DNA from: a virus
DNA: 32,887 nt
Reading direction: 5' to 3' (one strand)
Virus record (IMG/VR): IMGVR_UViG_3300005611_000123
Span: 1 to 32,887 of that record
Shown: positions 13,157-22,091 of the stretch, piece by piece
How positions within the stretch are numbered: the first letter of the stretch is position 1
How the letters are laid out: each line of letters opens with the position of its first letter
Made by a program: the position numbers and the translations under genes
Notes under the pieces: generated by a model
The model's database searches: none
Seen by the model: only the letters and a program-made list of their open reading frames with translations
Told to the model about the DNA's origin: nothing

Positions 13157-13882
13157 ATGGCAATGACCAAAAGGCAAAAAGAAAGACAGGCTGAAAAAAT
13201 AGCAAAAGAAAAAAGAAGGGCAGCCTACGCACCTGGTGGTAAATGGGGTGATAGAGGTTTAGCTGGTGCTATCAATAGAGCCTTCCCTAACTTAAATAAA
13301 AAGAATGCATTACTGTTAGAAAAATACCCAGACATGAGAGGTCCTGGATATAGATCTACTGCTACTATGTCGGAGTCTGCTCCTCGAATAATTGATAGTA
13401 AACCACGTAGTCCTATTGGTAAAAAAGCAAGTGGTGCTAACAGAATGAGCAGAATGATTGATAGTAAACCACGTTCAAGACCTAAACCCAAATATGCTTA
13501 TGATTATGAAGCTGGTATGCTTAAAGCTATCGCTGGTAATGTTGCTAACATTGGTAGACCTAACCCTAATCTAAAAGCAAAATCCACTAAAGTAACTTCT
13601 GGAGATGATATAAATAGGTTGTTCATGACATCTAACGAACCTAAACGTGGACAAACATATGTGTCATCTGCAAAGTACAATGTATTTAACAATCAAAAAC
13701 TTGAAGGTCTTTCCCGTTCTGCTATTGGACACAACTATAAAGATGCTGTTCGAGAAGGAAAAAGAACTTTAAAAAGAGATAGGCATACTGCAAAAATGGT
13801 AGACTATAGTGGCAAAAGTTACTTTGGAACATTCTATGCACAAGGTGGTGGGGGGCCTGTACCTAATAAAAAAGGTAAGTAA
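13157..13882 (+). CDS. Polycationic low-complexity protein 5 (internal repeat I/MIDSKPRS)
   Basis: AGGAG RBS. An 18-nt exact direct repeat ATTGATAGTAAACCACGT occurs at 13391-13408 and 13457-13474. Basic and G/P/S-rich. Confidence 0.65.
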   Translation: MAMTKRQKERQAEKIAKEKRRAAYAPGGKWGDRGLAGAINRAFPNLNKKNALLLEKYPDMRGPGYRSTATMSESAPRIIDSKPRSPIGKKASGANRMSRMIDSKPRSRPKPKYAYDYEAGMLKAIAGNVANIGRPNPNLKAKSTKVTSGDDINRLFMTSNEPKRGQTYVSSAKYNVFNNQKLEGLSRSAIGHNYKDAVREGKRTLKRDRHTAKMVDYSGKSYFGTFYAQGGGGPVPNKKGK

Positions 13883-13884
13883 TT

Positions 13885-14424
13885 GTGCCTCTTAAATTTA
13901 AAAAGATATATGCTAATGATCCCAACAAGCCAGGAAGAAGAATTGTTGTTGGTCAAAAAACTTATGGGCAAGGTAAGGTAACATACAAAAGCTTTGGTCC
14001 TGTTCCAAAAAAATCTAAGTCTAGTGGTCCTAACTTTGTACAAAATTTTTTTAGATCTTTGTTTGGTCCAAAGATAGAGAAAGCGGCAGAAGAAAAACAC
14101 AAAGCTGCTGTTGAAAGAATGGGTGGTACTTATAGTGAGGCTACCAAGACAGGCACATTTCCTTTTGGGGACGCTACTGTTACTACTGGTCCTGTCAAAT
14201 TGTTTGATAATAATAATATATCTACAGAACCTTTTGTTATGAAAGACCTTGGTATGCCAGATCTTTCTAAGTATGATGAAGTATACAATAAAAAAAGATC
14301 TAGCTATAGAAATCAAATGGGTGAACAAGAGCAAATGATACGTGGATTTTATGATCCATATAAACCATCTACTAAACCACCTACACTGCTAGATGCAGTA
14401 GCGGCACTTATGAGTAAGAGATGA
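13885..14424 (+). CDS. Basic low-complexity protein 6 (GTG start)
   Basis: GTG lies 3 nt after the previous stop. No in-frame ATG nearby. K/P/G-rich N-terminal half. Confidence 0.6.
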   Translation: MPLKFKKIYANDPNKPGRRIVVGQKTYGQGKVTYKSFGPVPKKSKSSGPNFVQNFFRSLFGPKIEKAAEEKHKAAVERMGGTYSEATKTGTFPFGDATVTTGPVKLFDNNNISTEPFVMKDLGMPDLSKYDEVYNKKRSSYRNQMGEQEQMIRGFYDPYKPSTKPPTLLDAVAALMSKR

Positions 14425-14819
14425 GTACAGCAACAAAAACGAAGCCAGCATTATGGAAACGTATTGTTGCACGTATAAAATCACAATCATCACACGGAAC
14501 TAAAGCTGGTCAATGGTCAGCACGTAAAGCACAAGCAGCAGTAAAGGCATACAAGTCTGCTGGTGGTGGCTATAGTGGTGCAAAGAAACCATCCAACTCA
14601 TTATCGAAATGGTCAAAACAAAAATGGAGAACCAAGTCTGGTAAGAGGTCCAGTGATACTGGAGAAAGATATTTACCAGAAAAAGCTATCAAAAACTTAT
14701 CAGCGAGTGAATATGCGGCAACGTCAGCAAAAAAAAGAGAGGACAAGTCTAAAGGTAAACAGTTTAGTAAGCAACCGAAAGCTATTGCAAAGAAGGTACG
14801 TAAGTACAGAAAGACTTGA
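14421..14819 (+). CDS. Polycationic protein 7 (DUF5872-like by motif)
   Basis: ATGA coupling. GQWSARKAQAAVKAYKSAGGGYSG...NSLSKWSKQKWRTKSGKRS...ERYLPEKA matches my recollection of the DUF5872 pattern (WSArKaq.av..Yk..GGgY.g......L.kW..e.W.t.......rYLP). Confidence 0.7.
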   Translation: MSTATKTKPALWKRIVARIKSQSSHGTKAGQWSARKAQAAVKAYKSAGGGYSGAKKPSNSLSKWSKQKWRTKSGKRSSDTGERYLPEKAIKNLSASEYAATSAKKREDKSKGKQFSKQPKAIAKKVRKYRKT

Positions 14820-14820
14820 T

Positions 14821-14988
14821 ATGGCAGACATAGAACAACTTGAAAAACAGATTGCAGTTCTTACAAATGCTAATAAACTACTTACTGAAGTAATCGTTGA
14901 AAAAAACGAAATGATCCAATGTCTTGAATTATTATTAGAAGCAAAGGAATATAATGTCTACGAAATCAACAAAGAAAAACTTAACTAG
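14821..14988 (+). CDS. Small coiled-coil protein (55 aa, MADIEQLEKQIAVLTNANKLLTEVIVEKNEMIQCLELLLEAKEY...)
   Basis: The ATG lies 1 nt after the stop at 14819. The track lists a longer version from 14563 whose upstream part overlaps ORF 14421..14819 out of frame. Confidence 0.55.
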   Translation: MADIEQLEKQIAVLTNANKLLTEVIVEKNEMIQCLELLLEAKEYNVYEINKEKLN

Positions 14989-15190
14989 TAAACCAAAGCC
15001 ATTAACTAAAATGGATAAGGCTGAGGCAAGGGCAAAGATAATGGTTGCTAATGAACAAGAGAATGCAAAAGCAGAAAGATCTAGGCAATTGCAACAATAT
15101 ATTGAATATAAGATGCTTAAAGGCTATACAGAAGAAGAAGCAGAAAGAATGGGTAGAGAATTAATTATGGACAAGCATAACTATGACTAA
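14954..15190 (+). CDS. Hypothetical protein (basic N-terminus, helical)
   Basis: ORF track, in-operon. Confidence 0.55.
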   Translation: MSTKSTKKNLTSKPKPLTKMDKAEARAKIMVANEQENAKAERSRQLQQYIEYKMLKGYTEEEAERMGRELIMDKHNYD

Positions 15191-15380
15191 TATTTACAGA
15201 AAGGTAATGATTAAAGATTTAGATAAGTTACGTACTGTTGTAAAAACGCAACACATGAAAAACTATCCTACAGAAAAGATAACGGATTACGAAGCTGACA
15301 AGATCATAGAATCATTATCAGATACAACAAAAGAAAAACTTATTAAGCTAGCAGTAGATTATGGGATCACTGAACTATAA
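15183..15380 (+). CDS. Hypothetical protein
   Basis: ORF track. Overlaps its neighbours by 8 and 20 nt. Confidence 0.55.
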   Translation: MTNIYRKVMIKDLDKLRTVVKTQHMKNYPTEKITDYEADKIIESLSDTTKEKLIKLAVDYGITEL

Positions 15381-16866
15381 GCCAGATGGTGAAGTCCTAA
15401 AACTATTTATGAAAGATAATAGTTTTCTTAGAGGATTAAGAGGCCCAGTAGGTAGTGGCAAATCTGTTGCGTGCTGTATTGAATTATTTCGTAGAGCATT
15501 AATGCAAGAGCCAGGTGAAGATGGTATACGTAAATCTCGCTGGGCAGTGATAAGAAACACCAACCCCCAATTAAAAACTACAACAATAAAGACCTGGCTA
15601 GATTGGTTTCCAGAAGATGAATGGGGTCCATTCCATTGGTCTGTCCCATTTACTCATAGAATAAAAAGAGGTGATATAGATCTCGAAGTTATATTCTTGG
15701 CACTTGATAGACCAGAGGATGTAAAGAAACTACTATCTCTCGAACTAACTGGTGTATGGATTAATGAGGCAAGAGAAATACCAAAGTCTATTGTTGATGC
15801 TTGTTCTATGAGGGTAGGTCGTTTTCCTTCTATGAGAGATGGTGGTCCTACTTGGTATGGTGTGATTGCAGATACCAACCCACCAGATACAGAGCATTGG
15901 TGGTCTATACTATCTGGAGATTCTATATTGCCTGATTATATTTCCAAATCAGAAGCTAAGATGTTAGTTAAACCAGATAACTGGACTTTCTATAATCAAC
16001 CACCAGCTATGTTAGAAATCAAAGATAAGAATATGGAAGTTGCAGATTACGAAGATAATCCAGAAAAAGAAAATGGAAAGAACTTGACTGGAGATTATTA
16101 TAAAAATATTATCCGTGGTAAGACGAAATCATGGATAGATGTATATGTCCTAAATAAACTAGGACAAGTATCTGACGGTAAACCAGTCTACGAATCATTT
16201 GTACATAGTACTCATGTTGCCAAAGGTGATCTAGCTATTGCTGATGGTGTCCCAGTATTTGTAGGAATAGACTTTGGATTAACACCAGCTTGTGTGTTTG
16301 CACAAAGACTGCGTGGTAGATGGATTGTGTTTGATGAATTAGTTGCAGAGGATATGGGTATTGTACGATTCTCTGAGTTAATGAAACAACATATGGCACA
16401 ATATCTACCTCGTGAATTTATTATCTTTGGTGATCCTGCTGGAGATCAAAGAGTACAGACTGACGAATCAACACCATTCCAGATACTACGTGGTCGTGGA
16501 TTGAATGCTAGACCAGCACCATCTAATGATGTCGCTCTTAGATTAGAATCAGTAACTGCTGTATTAAACAGAATGACAGATGGAGAAAGTGGAATGTTAA
16601 TAGATCCGAAATGTACAAACTTAATTAAAGGTTTTGATGGTGGGTATCACTATAAACGTATGCAGGTAAGTGGTGAAAGGTATGATGACAGACCAAATAA
16701 GAATAGATTTTCCCACGTGCATGATGCTTTCCAATATTTGCTATTAGGTGCTGGAGAAGGTCGAGCATTGACAATCGGTCAAAAAGCTAGTAAACCTGTA
16801 ATAGCACGTAGAAATTTTGATGTGTTTAATGTTAAACCTAGATCTGTTTACGAAAGGATAAGATAA
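15361..16866 (+). CDS. terL: Terminase large subunit
   Basis: Walker A is GPVGSGKS. Walker B-like is LTGVWINEA. Nuclease-domain acidic motifs are VGIDFG, FGDPAG and HVHDAFQY. Size is 501 aa. Confidence 0.92.
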   Translation: MGSLNYKPDGEVLKLFMKDNSFLRGLRGPVGSGKSVACCIELFRRALMQEPGEDGIRKSRWAVIRNTNPQLKTTTIKTWLDWFPEDEWGPFHWSVPFTHRIKRGDIDLEVIFLALDRPEDVKKLLSLELTGVWINEAREIPKSIVDACSMRVGRFPSMRDGGPTWYGVIADTNPPDTEHWWSILSGDSILPDYISKSEAKMLVKPDNWTFYNQPPAMLEIKDKNMEVADYEDNPEKENGKNLTGDYYKNIIRGKTKSWIDVYVLNKLGQVSDGKPVYESFVHSTHVAKGDLAIADGVPVFVGIDFGLTPACVFAQRLRGRWIVFDELVAEDMGIVRFSELMKQHMAQYLPREFIIFGDPAGDQRVQTDESTPFQILRGRGLNARPAPSNDVALRLESVTAVLNRMTDGESGMLIDPKCTNLIKGFDGGYHYKRMQVSGERYDDRPNKNRFSHVHDAFQYLLLGAGEGRALTIGQKASKPVIARRNFDVFNVKPRSVYERIR

Positions 16867-17132
16867 TGTGCGTAGGTTCTTTACTATCCAAACCAAAAGC
16901 ACCAGCAGCTCCAGCTCCATTACCAGAAGATAGAACTGTAGCAGAACAAAGAGCAAGAGTACGTTCACAGCAAGAAAGAGATATAGCTGCAGAAAAACAA
17001 AAGCAATTTGAAATGAGAGTTGCTGCTTATACTGGCAAGCAAGGAAGAAAGTCTTTGCTATCTGGCAGAGGTGGTGGACAAGGATTTAATATTCAGGGCA
17101 ACTTGATGACACGTAATACACTGGGTGTATAA
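16866..17132 (+). CDS. Small conserved head-module protein (proline/alanine stretch, then GRKSLLSGRGG motif)
   Basis: TAATG coupling on both sides. Composition and position between terL and portal are as in many podoviruses. Confidence 0.6.
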   Translation: MCVGSLLSKPKAPAAPAPLPEDRTVAEQRARVRSQQERDIAAEKQKQFEMRVAAYTGKQGRKSLLSGRGGGQGFNIQGNLMTRNTLGV

Positions 17133-18709
17133 TGACAATAGACATTAAGCCAGAAAGTCAAGAGAACATCTATGATAGTGATGTTCGTAGATTGCTAGCT
17201 AGATATAGATCTGCACAATCTTTAAAAGATTTATGGCTTCCTACATTTGAAGAATGTTATGAATATACATTACCACAGAGAGAAAGCTTTTATTCAGAGA
17301 GTCCAGGCAGAAGAAGATCGGACAGAATCTTTGATGAAACTGCTGTGGTTGGTGTACAAGAGTTTGCCAGTAGATTACAAGCTGGGATTGTCCCTAACTA
17401 CGCAAGATGGGCAGACCTTGTTGCTGGATCGGAAGTCCCACAAGAACAACAAAAAGAAGTAAACCTGTTACTTGATGAGGTAACAGAGTATGTTTTTGAG
17501 ATACTACAAAATTCTAACTTTGCTCAAGAAGTCCATGAAACATTTTTAGATTGTGCTGTTGGCACTGGTGTATTACTTGTCGAAGAAGGTGATGCAGTAC
17601 AACCTATAAAATTTAGAGCAATACCACTTCCACAAGTAGTATTAGATGCTGGGCATACTGATGACATAGATCACGTATTTAGAAATAGAAAAATTAAAAT
17701 GAAAGATCTGCAACATGCATATCCTAATGGAACATTATCCGACAAGATGATGATGGATACGGAAAAAGGATCTGAAAAAGATTGCGACATTGTAGAAATA
17801 GTTTATAGAAATTATTTTAATACAAAAGAAGAAGAACACAGATATTGTGTAATAGCAAAAGATTATGAACATAAAATTGTTGAAGAAACATTTAAGGGAT
17901 TAGGTTCTAATCCTTATGTCGTATATAGATGGTCAAAAGTAGCTGGAGAAGTATATGGTCGTGGACCAATACAGTTAGCTCTACCAGCAATAAAAACAGC
18001 TAACTTAGTTATTGAATTAATACTTGAGAATGCACAGATGTCTATATCTGGAATGTATCAAGTAGAAGATGATGGTGTGATTAACGTAGATAATATACAA
18101 TTAATTCCTGGGACAATCATTCCTAAAGCGAGTGGTTCTAGTGGGTTACAACCAATAGCACCTGCTGGTAACTTTAATGTTTCTGATCTTGTGTTAAGAG
18201 ATATGAGGACTAACATTAAGAAAGCTTTGTATAATGATATGTTGGGGACACCAAATGAAAAAACACCTATGACTGCTACTGAAATTGCAGAGAGAATGGC
18301 AGATCTATCAAGACAAATAGGTGCGGCTTTCGGTAGATTACAAGCTGAACTTGTTAACCCAGTAATTCAGCGAGTGATATATATACTGAAAAAACAAGGG
18401 AGAATACAAATACCAGTAGTCAATGGTAGAGAGATTAAGATACGTTCATCTTCACCTCTTGCACAAGCACAACATCAGCAAGATGTTGCTACTATTGATA
18501 GATTTTTAGGTATGATGCAAATGAGGGTGGGTCCAGAATTGCTAAACATTCTTGTTAAACAAGATGAGGTTGCTAAGTATATTGCAAACAAACTGGGTGT
18601 TCCAGAGGAACTAATACGTTCTGAGGAAGAAATGCAAGAAGCGGCAATACAATTGCAACAAATGCAACAGCAACAACAAATGCAAGGACCTACAGAGCAG
18701 CCTACCTAA
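17132..18709 (+). CDS. Portal (head-to-tail connector) protein
   Basis: 525 aa immediately after terL. N-terminal region FEECYEYTLPQRESFY...RIFDETAVVGVQEFASRLQAGIVPNYARW is typical of podoviral connector proteins. Q-rich C-terminus. Confidence 0.8.
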   Translation: MTIDIKPESQENIYDSDVRRLLARYRSAQSLKDLWLPTFEECYEYTLPQRESFYSESPGRRRSDRIFDETAVVGVQEFASRLQAGIVPNYARWADLVAGSEVPQEQQKEVNLLLDEVTEYVFEILQNSNFAQEVHETFLDCAVGTGVLLVEEGDAVQPIKFRAIPLPQVVLDAGHTDDIDHVFRNRKIKMKDLQHAYPNGTLSDKMMMDTEKGSEKDCDIVEIVYRNYFNTKEEEHRYCVIAKDYEHKIVEETFKGLGSNPYVVYRWSKVAGEVYGRGPIQLALPAIKTANLVIELILENAQMSISGMYQVEDDGVINVDNIQLIPGTIIPKASGSSGLQPIAPAGNFNVSDLVLRDMRTNIKKALYNDMLGTPNEKTPMTATEIAERMADLSRQIGAAFGRLQAELVNPVIQRVIYILKKQGRIQIPVVNGREIKIRSSSPLAQAQHQQDVATIDRFLGMMQMRVGPELLNILVKQDEVAKYIANKLGVPEELIRSEEEMQEAAIQLQQMQQQQQMQGPTEQPT

Positions 18710-18737
18710 ATTGCAAATGCAATGAGAGGAGATAGTC

Positions 18738-19436
18738 ATGCATAAATGCGTTCTTGTTATAAGTGATCTACACATTCCGTATCATCACAAAGATTCTTTT
18801 GAGTTCTTAAAAGAAATAAAAAAACAATTTAAACCAGATACAATCATTAACATTGGGGACTTGTTGGATTTCCATGCAATATCAATGCATGAACATAATC
18901 CAGATCTCCCATCTGCTGGTGATGAGTTGACTTTAGCAAAGGGATATATTAGAGAATTAGAATCTTTATTCCCAGAAGTTACTGAGGTCCACTCTAATCA
19001 TAGTAGTTTAGTATATCGCAGGGCATTAAAGTATGGAATGTCTGCACAATTCCTAAGACCTTATGGTGATTTTCTTGGAACAAAGAAATGGAAGTGGGTT
19101 GACGATATTACACTAAAGATGAGCAATGGTAAACGTGTACACTTTACTCATGGAAAATCTGCAGATGTATTAAAGGTTTCACAAACTATGGGCATGTCTG
19201 CTGTACAAGGACACTATCATACAAAATTCTGTATAAGTTACTGGGCAAATCCAGATGATTTATACTGGGGTATGAATGTGGGTTGTCTAATCAATCAAAA
19301 GTCTATGGCATTTAGCTATGCTAAAAACTTTAGTACAAGATTTGTATTAGGTTGTGGAATTATAATTAATGGAGTACCAAGGTTATTACCTATGGTGTTA
19401 GATAATAATGGTAATTGGATAAAGGAAATAGTATGA
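18738..19436 (+). CDS. Calcineurin-like metallophosphoesterase
   Basis: Motifs in canonical order: ISDLH, GDLLDFH, SNHS, THG, GHYH. GAGGAG RBS. Confidence 0.75.
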   Translation: MHKCVLVISDLHIPYHHKDSFEFLKEIKKQFKPDTIINIGDLLDFHAISMHEHNPDLPSAGDELTLAKGYIRELESLFPEVTEVHSNHSSLVYRRALKYGMSAQFLRPYGDFLGTKKWKWVDDITLKMSNGKRVHFTHGKSADVLKVSQTMGMSAVQGHYHTKFCISYWANPDDLYWGMNVGCLINQKSMAFSYAKNFSTRFVLGCGIIINGVPRLLPMVLDNNGNWIKEIV

Positions 19437-19669
19437 CAGAAGATAGAATCAATCCATCTTACTACCAAAAGGGTATATGCTCTTGTGGTAAGAAACTGCA
19501 GACATATGACTTTGTACGTGAGATGCCCTACCCAGACGCATCAGCTATAAAGTACATTTGTAGACATAGGGAAAAGAACGGTGCAGAGGATATAAAGAAG
19601 GCAATTTGGTTTTTGCACGCAATATTAATTAAAGAATATGGAGAAATGGATGAGCCAGGAAGTAAATAA
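19433..19669 (+). CDS. DUF3310-like protein
   Basis: ATGA coupling. INPSYYQKG...ASAIKYICRHREKNGAEDIKKAIWFLHAIL matches the DUF3310 pattern (NPsHY......NaiKY..R...K.g.eDL.KA.wYl). Confidence 0.7.
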   Translation: MTEDRINPSYYQKGICSCGKKLQTYDFVREMPYPDASAIKYICRHREKNGAEDIKKAIWFLHAILIKEYGEMDEPGSK

Positions 19670-19934
19670 CTTAATAGGTCTTGACAATATACAGAGGTCT
19701 GCCGAAGAAGAACAATCACTTAATGAATCTTTTTCTATTGCTTTTAGTACACCTACTGGGGTAAAAGTATTAGAATACTTACGTTCAATATCTATTGAAA
19801 CAGTTGGTGGACCACAGATAGGGAAAGATCATCTCATGCATTTAGAAGGTCAACGATATATTGTTGGTCTAATACAACGCAGAGTAAACAAAGGTAAAAG
19901 TCAAAAAATAGTAAAGGATAAATCTAATGAATGA
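19650..19934 (+). CDS. Bbp19-like small head-module protein
   Basis: GGAGA lies 6 nt upstream of the ATG at 19650; the track start at 19638 is also possible. FSTPTGVKVLEYLR...LMHLEGQRYIVGLIQRRV resembles the Bbp19 family as I recall it. Confidence 0.55.
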   Translation: MSQEVNNLIGLDNIQRSAEEEQSLNESFSIAFSTPTGVKVLEYLRSISIETVGGPQIGKDHLMHLEGQRYIVGLIQRRVNKGKSQKIVKDKSNE

Positions 19935-20685
19935 AAATGAAAATATGGAAAATCAGGTAGAAGAATCAGAACAAGATCAAGGTGAGCCTACTACTACAGA
20001 ACCTCTTGAAAGACCAGATTTTATTCCAGAGAAATTTTGGAATACTGAAACTGGTGAAATCAATATAGAAGAATTTGGTAAGTCTTATCTTAATCTTGAG
20101 AAGTATGTTGGTGGTAAAAAAGATGAATTACGAGAAGTAATTATCAATGAACTATCAGAAGAAGCTGATTCAGAAAAACCAGAATCTTATGAACTACCAG
20201 CATTACCAGAAGGTATAACTGAAGAAATGCTTTATGAAAATCCTATGGCACAATGGTGGGCAGAGCATTGTGATGAAAATGCTTACTCACAAGAAGTATT
20301 TGAAGAAGGCATTAATAAGTACATTGATAGCTTTACCTCACAACAGCCAGATCTAAATAGAGAAATGGAAAAGCTAGGTGAGAATGCTAACGCTAGATTA
20401 GATGCAGTCAATTCTTGGGCAAGTAGTTTTTTTAGTCCAGAAGAATATGAAGCTGTAGCTACTACACTAGGTGCAACAGCAGAAGGCATTGAGGCATTAG
20501 AACGTATGATGCAAACAACAGTGCAATCTGTATCAAGAGCAAATACTGTAGCACAACCAGATAGACCATTAACACTTGATGATGTTCGTAACATGATGAA
20601 AGACAAAAGATATTTTGATCCTAAAGAAAGAGATCAATCTTTTGTAAGAAAAGTAGACGAAGCATTTGCGAGGCTATACAGATAA
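19927..20685 (+). CDS. Scaffolding protein (by position and composition)
   Basis: Acidic, helical, 252 aa, between portal and capsid genes. Confidence 0.55.
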   Translation: MNENENMENQVEESEQDQGEPTTTEPLERPDFIPEKFWNTETGEINIEEFGKSYLNLEKYVGGKKDELREVIINELSEEADSEKPESYELPALPEGITEEMLYENPMAQWWAEHCDENAYSQEVFEEGINKYIDSFTSQQPDLNREMEKLGENANARLDAVNSWASSFFSPEEYEAVATTLGATAEGIEALERMMQTTVQSVSRANTVAQPDRPLTLDDVRNMMKDKRYFDPKERDQSFVRKVDEAFARLYR

Positions 20686-20795
20686 GTATATATGTTGAAA
20701 GAACAATCCCAGAGGATTGCTGGAAATTAGCACCAAATATACGACAGATTGATAAGTATGAGATAGCACTTTGGGGGTTTGAACCTTTACAAGCT

Positions 20796-21218
20796 TTGAT
20801 GATTCCTTTCAGAAGTAAGTTAAGCAACATTCATACTTATACTATCTTTAATGAAGATAGAGATATTGTTGGTATATTTGGTGTTATGCCTACATCCAAA
20901 AACACTAACTATGGTAGGATTTGGTTTTTAGCATCAGATCTATTAGATAAACACTATATTAGTTTTATAAGAGGTAATAAAAGATGGTTATCTTACCTAG
21001 AAGAACACTACTCTTTTGTATCAAACTATATAATCGAGGAAAACAAAAGGTCAATTAACTGGCTTAAATGGCAAGGATTTAAGTTCCTAGATCAACCAAC
21101 ACTTGTCAAGGGTGTAAAAATAATGTATTTCTATAAAGAGTTGCCTAGTGCAACTAAAAATGGAGTACAGCCCATATTAGATGAAATAGGCCCATCATGG
21201 ACAACCGAGATAATCTAA
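20796..21218 (+). CDS. DUF2833 / GNAT-fold-like protein; the true N-terminus probably lies upstream (about 20694)
   Basis: GRIWFLASDLL...NKRSINWLKWQGFKF. The same frame is open back to 20625 and reads VERTIPEDCWKLAPNIRQIDKYEIALWGFEPLQAL, which looks like the family N-terminus but has no canonical in-frame start. Confidence 0.6.
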   Translation: MMIPFRSKLSNIHTYTIFNEDRDIVGIFGVMPTSKNTNYGRIWFLASDLLDKHYISFIRGNKRWLSYLEEHYSFVSNYIIEENKRSINWLKWQGFKFLDQPTLVKGVKIMYFYKELPSATKNGVQPILDEIGPSWTTEII

Positions 21219-21269
21219 GTTGGATAACTGTTTGTTTTTTTAATTTAACTTTTAACGAAGGAGTACAAT

Positions 21270-22091
21270 ATGTCTACCTCAATTAGTACAGCCTTTATTA
21301 AGCAGTTTGAAGCAGAAGTTCATATGGCATATCAACGTATGGGTTCTAAACTGCGTAATACTGTGCGATCCACTATGGTAAGTGGAAACCAGGCTCGCTT
21401 CCAAAAAGTTGGAACTGGCACAGCAGTGTCTAAAAGCAGACATGCTCAAGTACCAACAATGGATGTAAGCCACACTAACGTTGATGTAACTCTTGCTGAC
21501 TTCTATGCTGCCGACTATGTTGACAGACTAGACGAGCTTAAGACAAACATTGACGAAAGACAAATCCTAGCAATGTCAGCTTCTGCTGCTTTAGGCAGAA
21601 AGACAGACCAACTTATTATTGATGTTCTTGATGCAGGAACAAACTCAAATAATATTGCTCATGGTTCTGCTGGATTAACTTTAGCAAAAGCACTATCTGT
21701 ATATGAAACATTTGGTGAATCTGACATTCCAGATGATGGACAAAGATTCTTTGTTGTATCACCTGCAGGATGGGCTGATCTACTACAGATCGACCAATTC
21801 TCAAGAATGGAATATGTTGGTGAAGCTGACTTGCCATATGCTGGTGGTATGACTGCTAAAAGATGGCTTGGATTTATGTGGTTCACACATTCTGGTCTAA
21901 CAATATCTTCAACAACTCGTGAATGCCATGCATGGCACAGAACATCTGTGGGTGTTGGTATGGGTTCAGATATTAGAACAGAAATCAACTACATTCCAGA
22001 AAAAGTAAGTAACCTTATTACTTCATACATGTCCATGGGATCTGTTATGATTGATAATATTGGTGCTGTAAAAGTACAAATCACAGAGTAA
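21270..22091 (+). CDS. Major capsid protein (HK97-fold type, small)
   Basis: GAAGGAG RBS. FIKQFEAEVHMAYQRMGSKLRNTV...DVTLADFYAADYVDRLDELKTNIDERQILAMSASAALGRKTDQLIIDVL is a typical capsid N-arm/P-domain pattern. Position is after the scaffold gene. Confidence 0.7.
   Translation: MSTSISTAFIKQFEAEVHMAYQRMGSKLRNTVRSTMVSGNQARFQKVGTGTAVSKSRHAQVPTMDVSHTNVDVTLADFYAADYVDRLDELKTNIDERQILAMSASAALGRKTDQLIIDVLDAGTNSNNIAHGSAGLTLAKALSVYETFGESDIPDDGQRFFVVSPAGWADLLQIDQFSRMEYVGEADLPYAGGMTAKRWLGFMWFTHSGLTISSTTRECHAWHRTSVGVGMGSDIRTEINYIPEKVSNLITSYMSMGSVMIDNIGAVKVQITE

Noticed and set aside
12084-14334. Minus-strand ORFs in the track (12084..12389, 12290..12472, 12941..13177, 13047..13232, 13225..13491, 13504..13692, 13834..14334)
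   Set aside because: They lie antisense to a gap-free series of RBS-preceded plus-strand ORFs. Their F/L/S-rich translations are the expected shadow of K/E/R-rich A-rich coding sequence.
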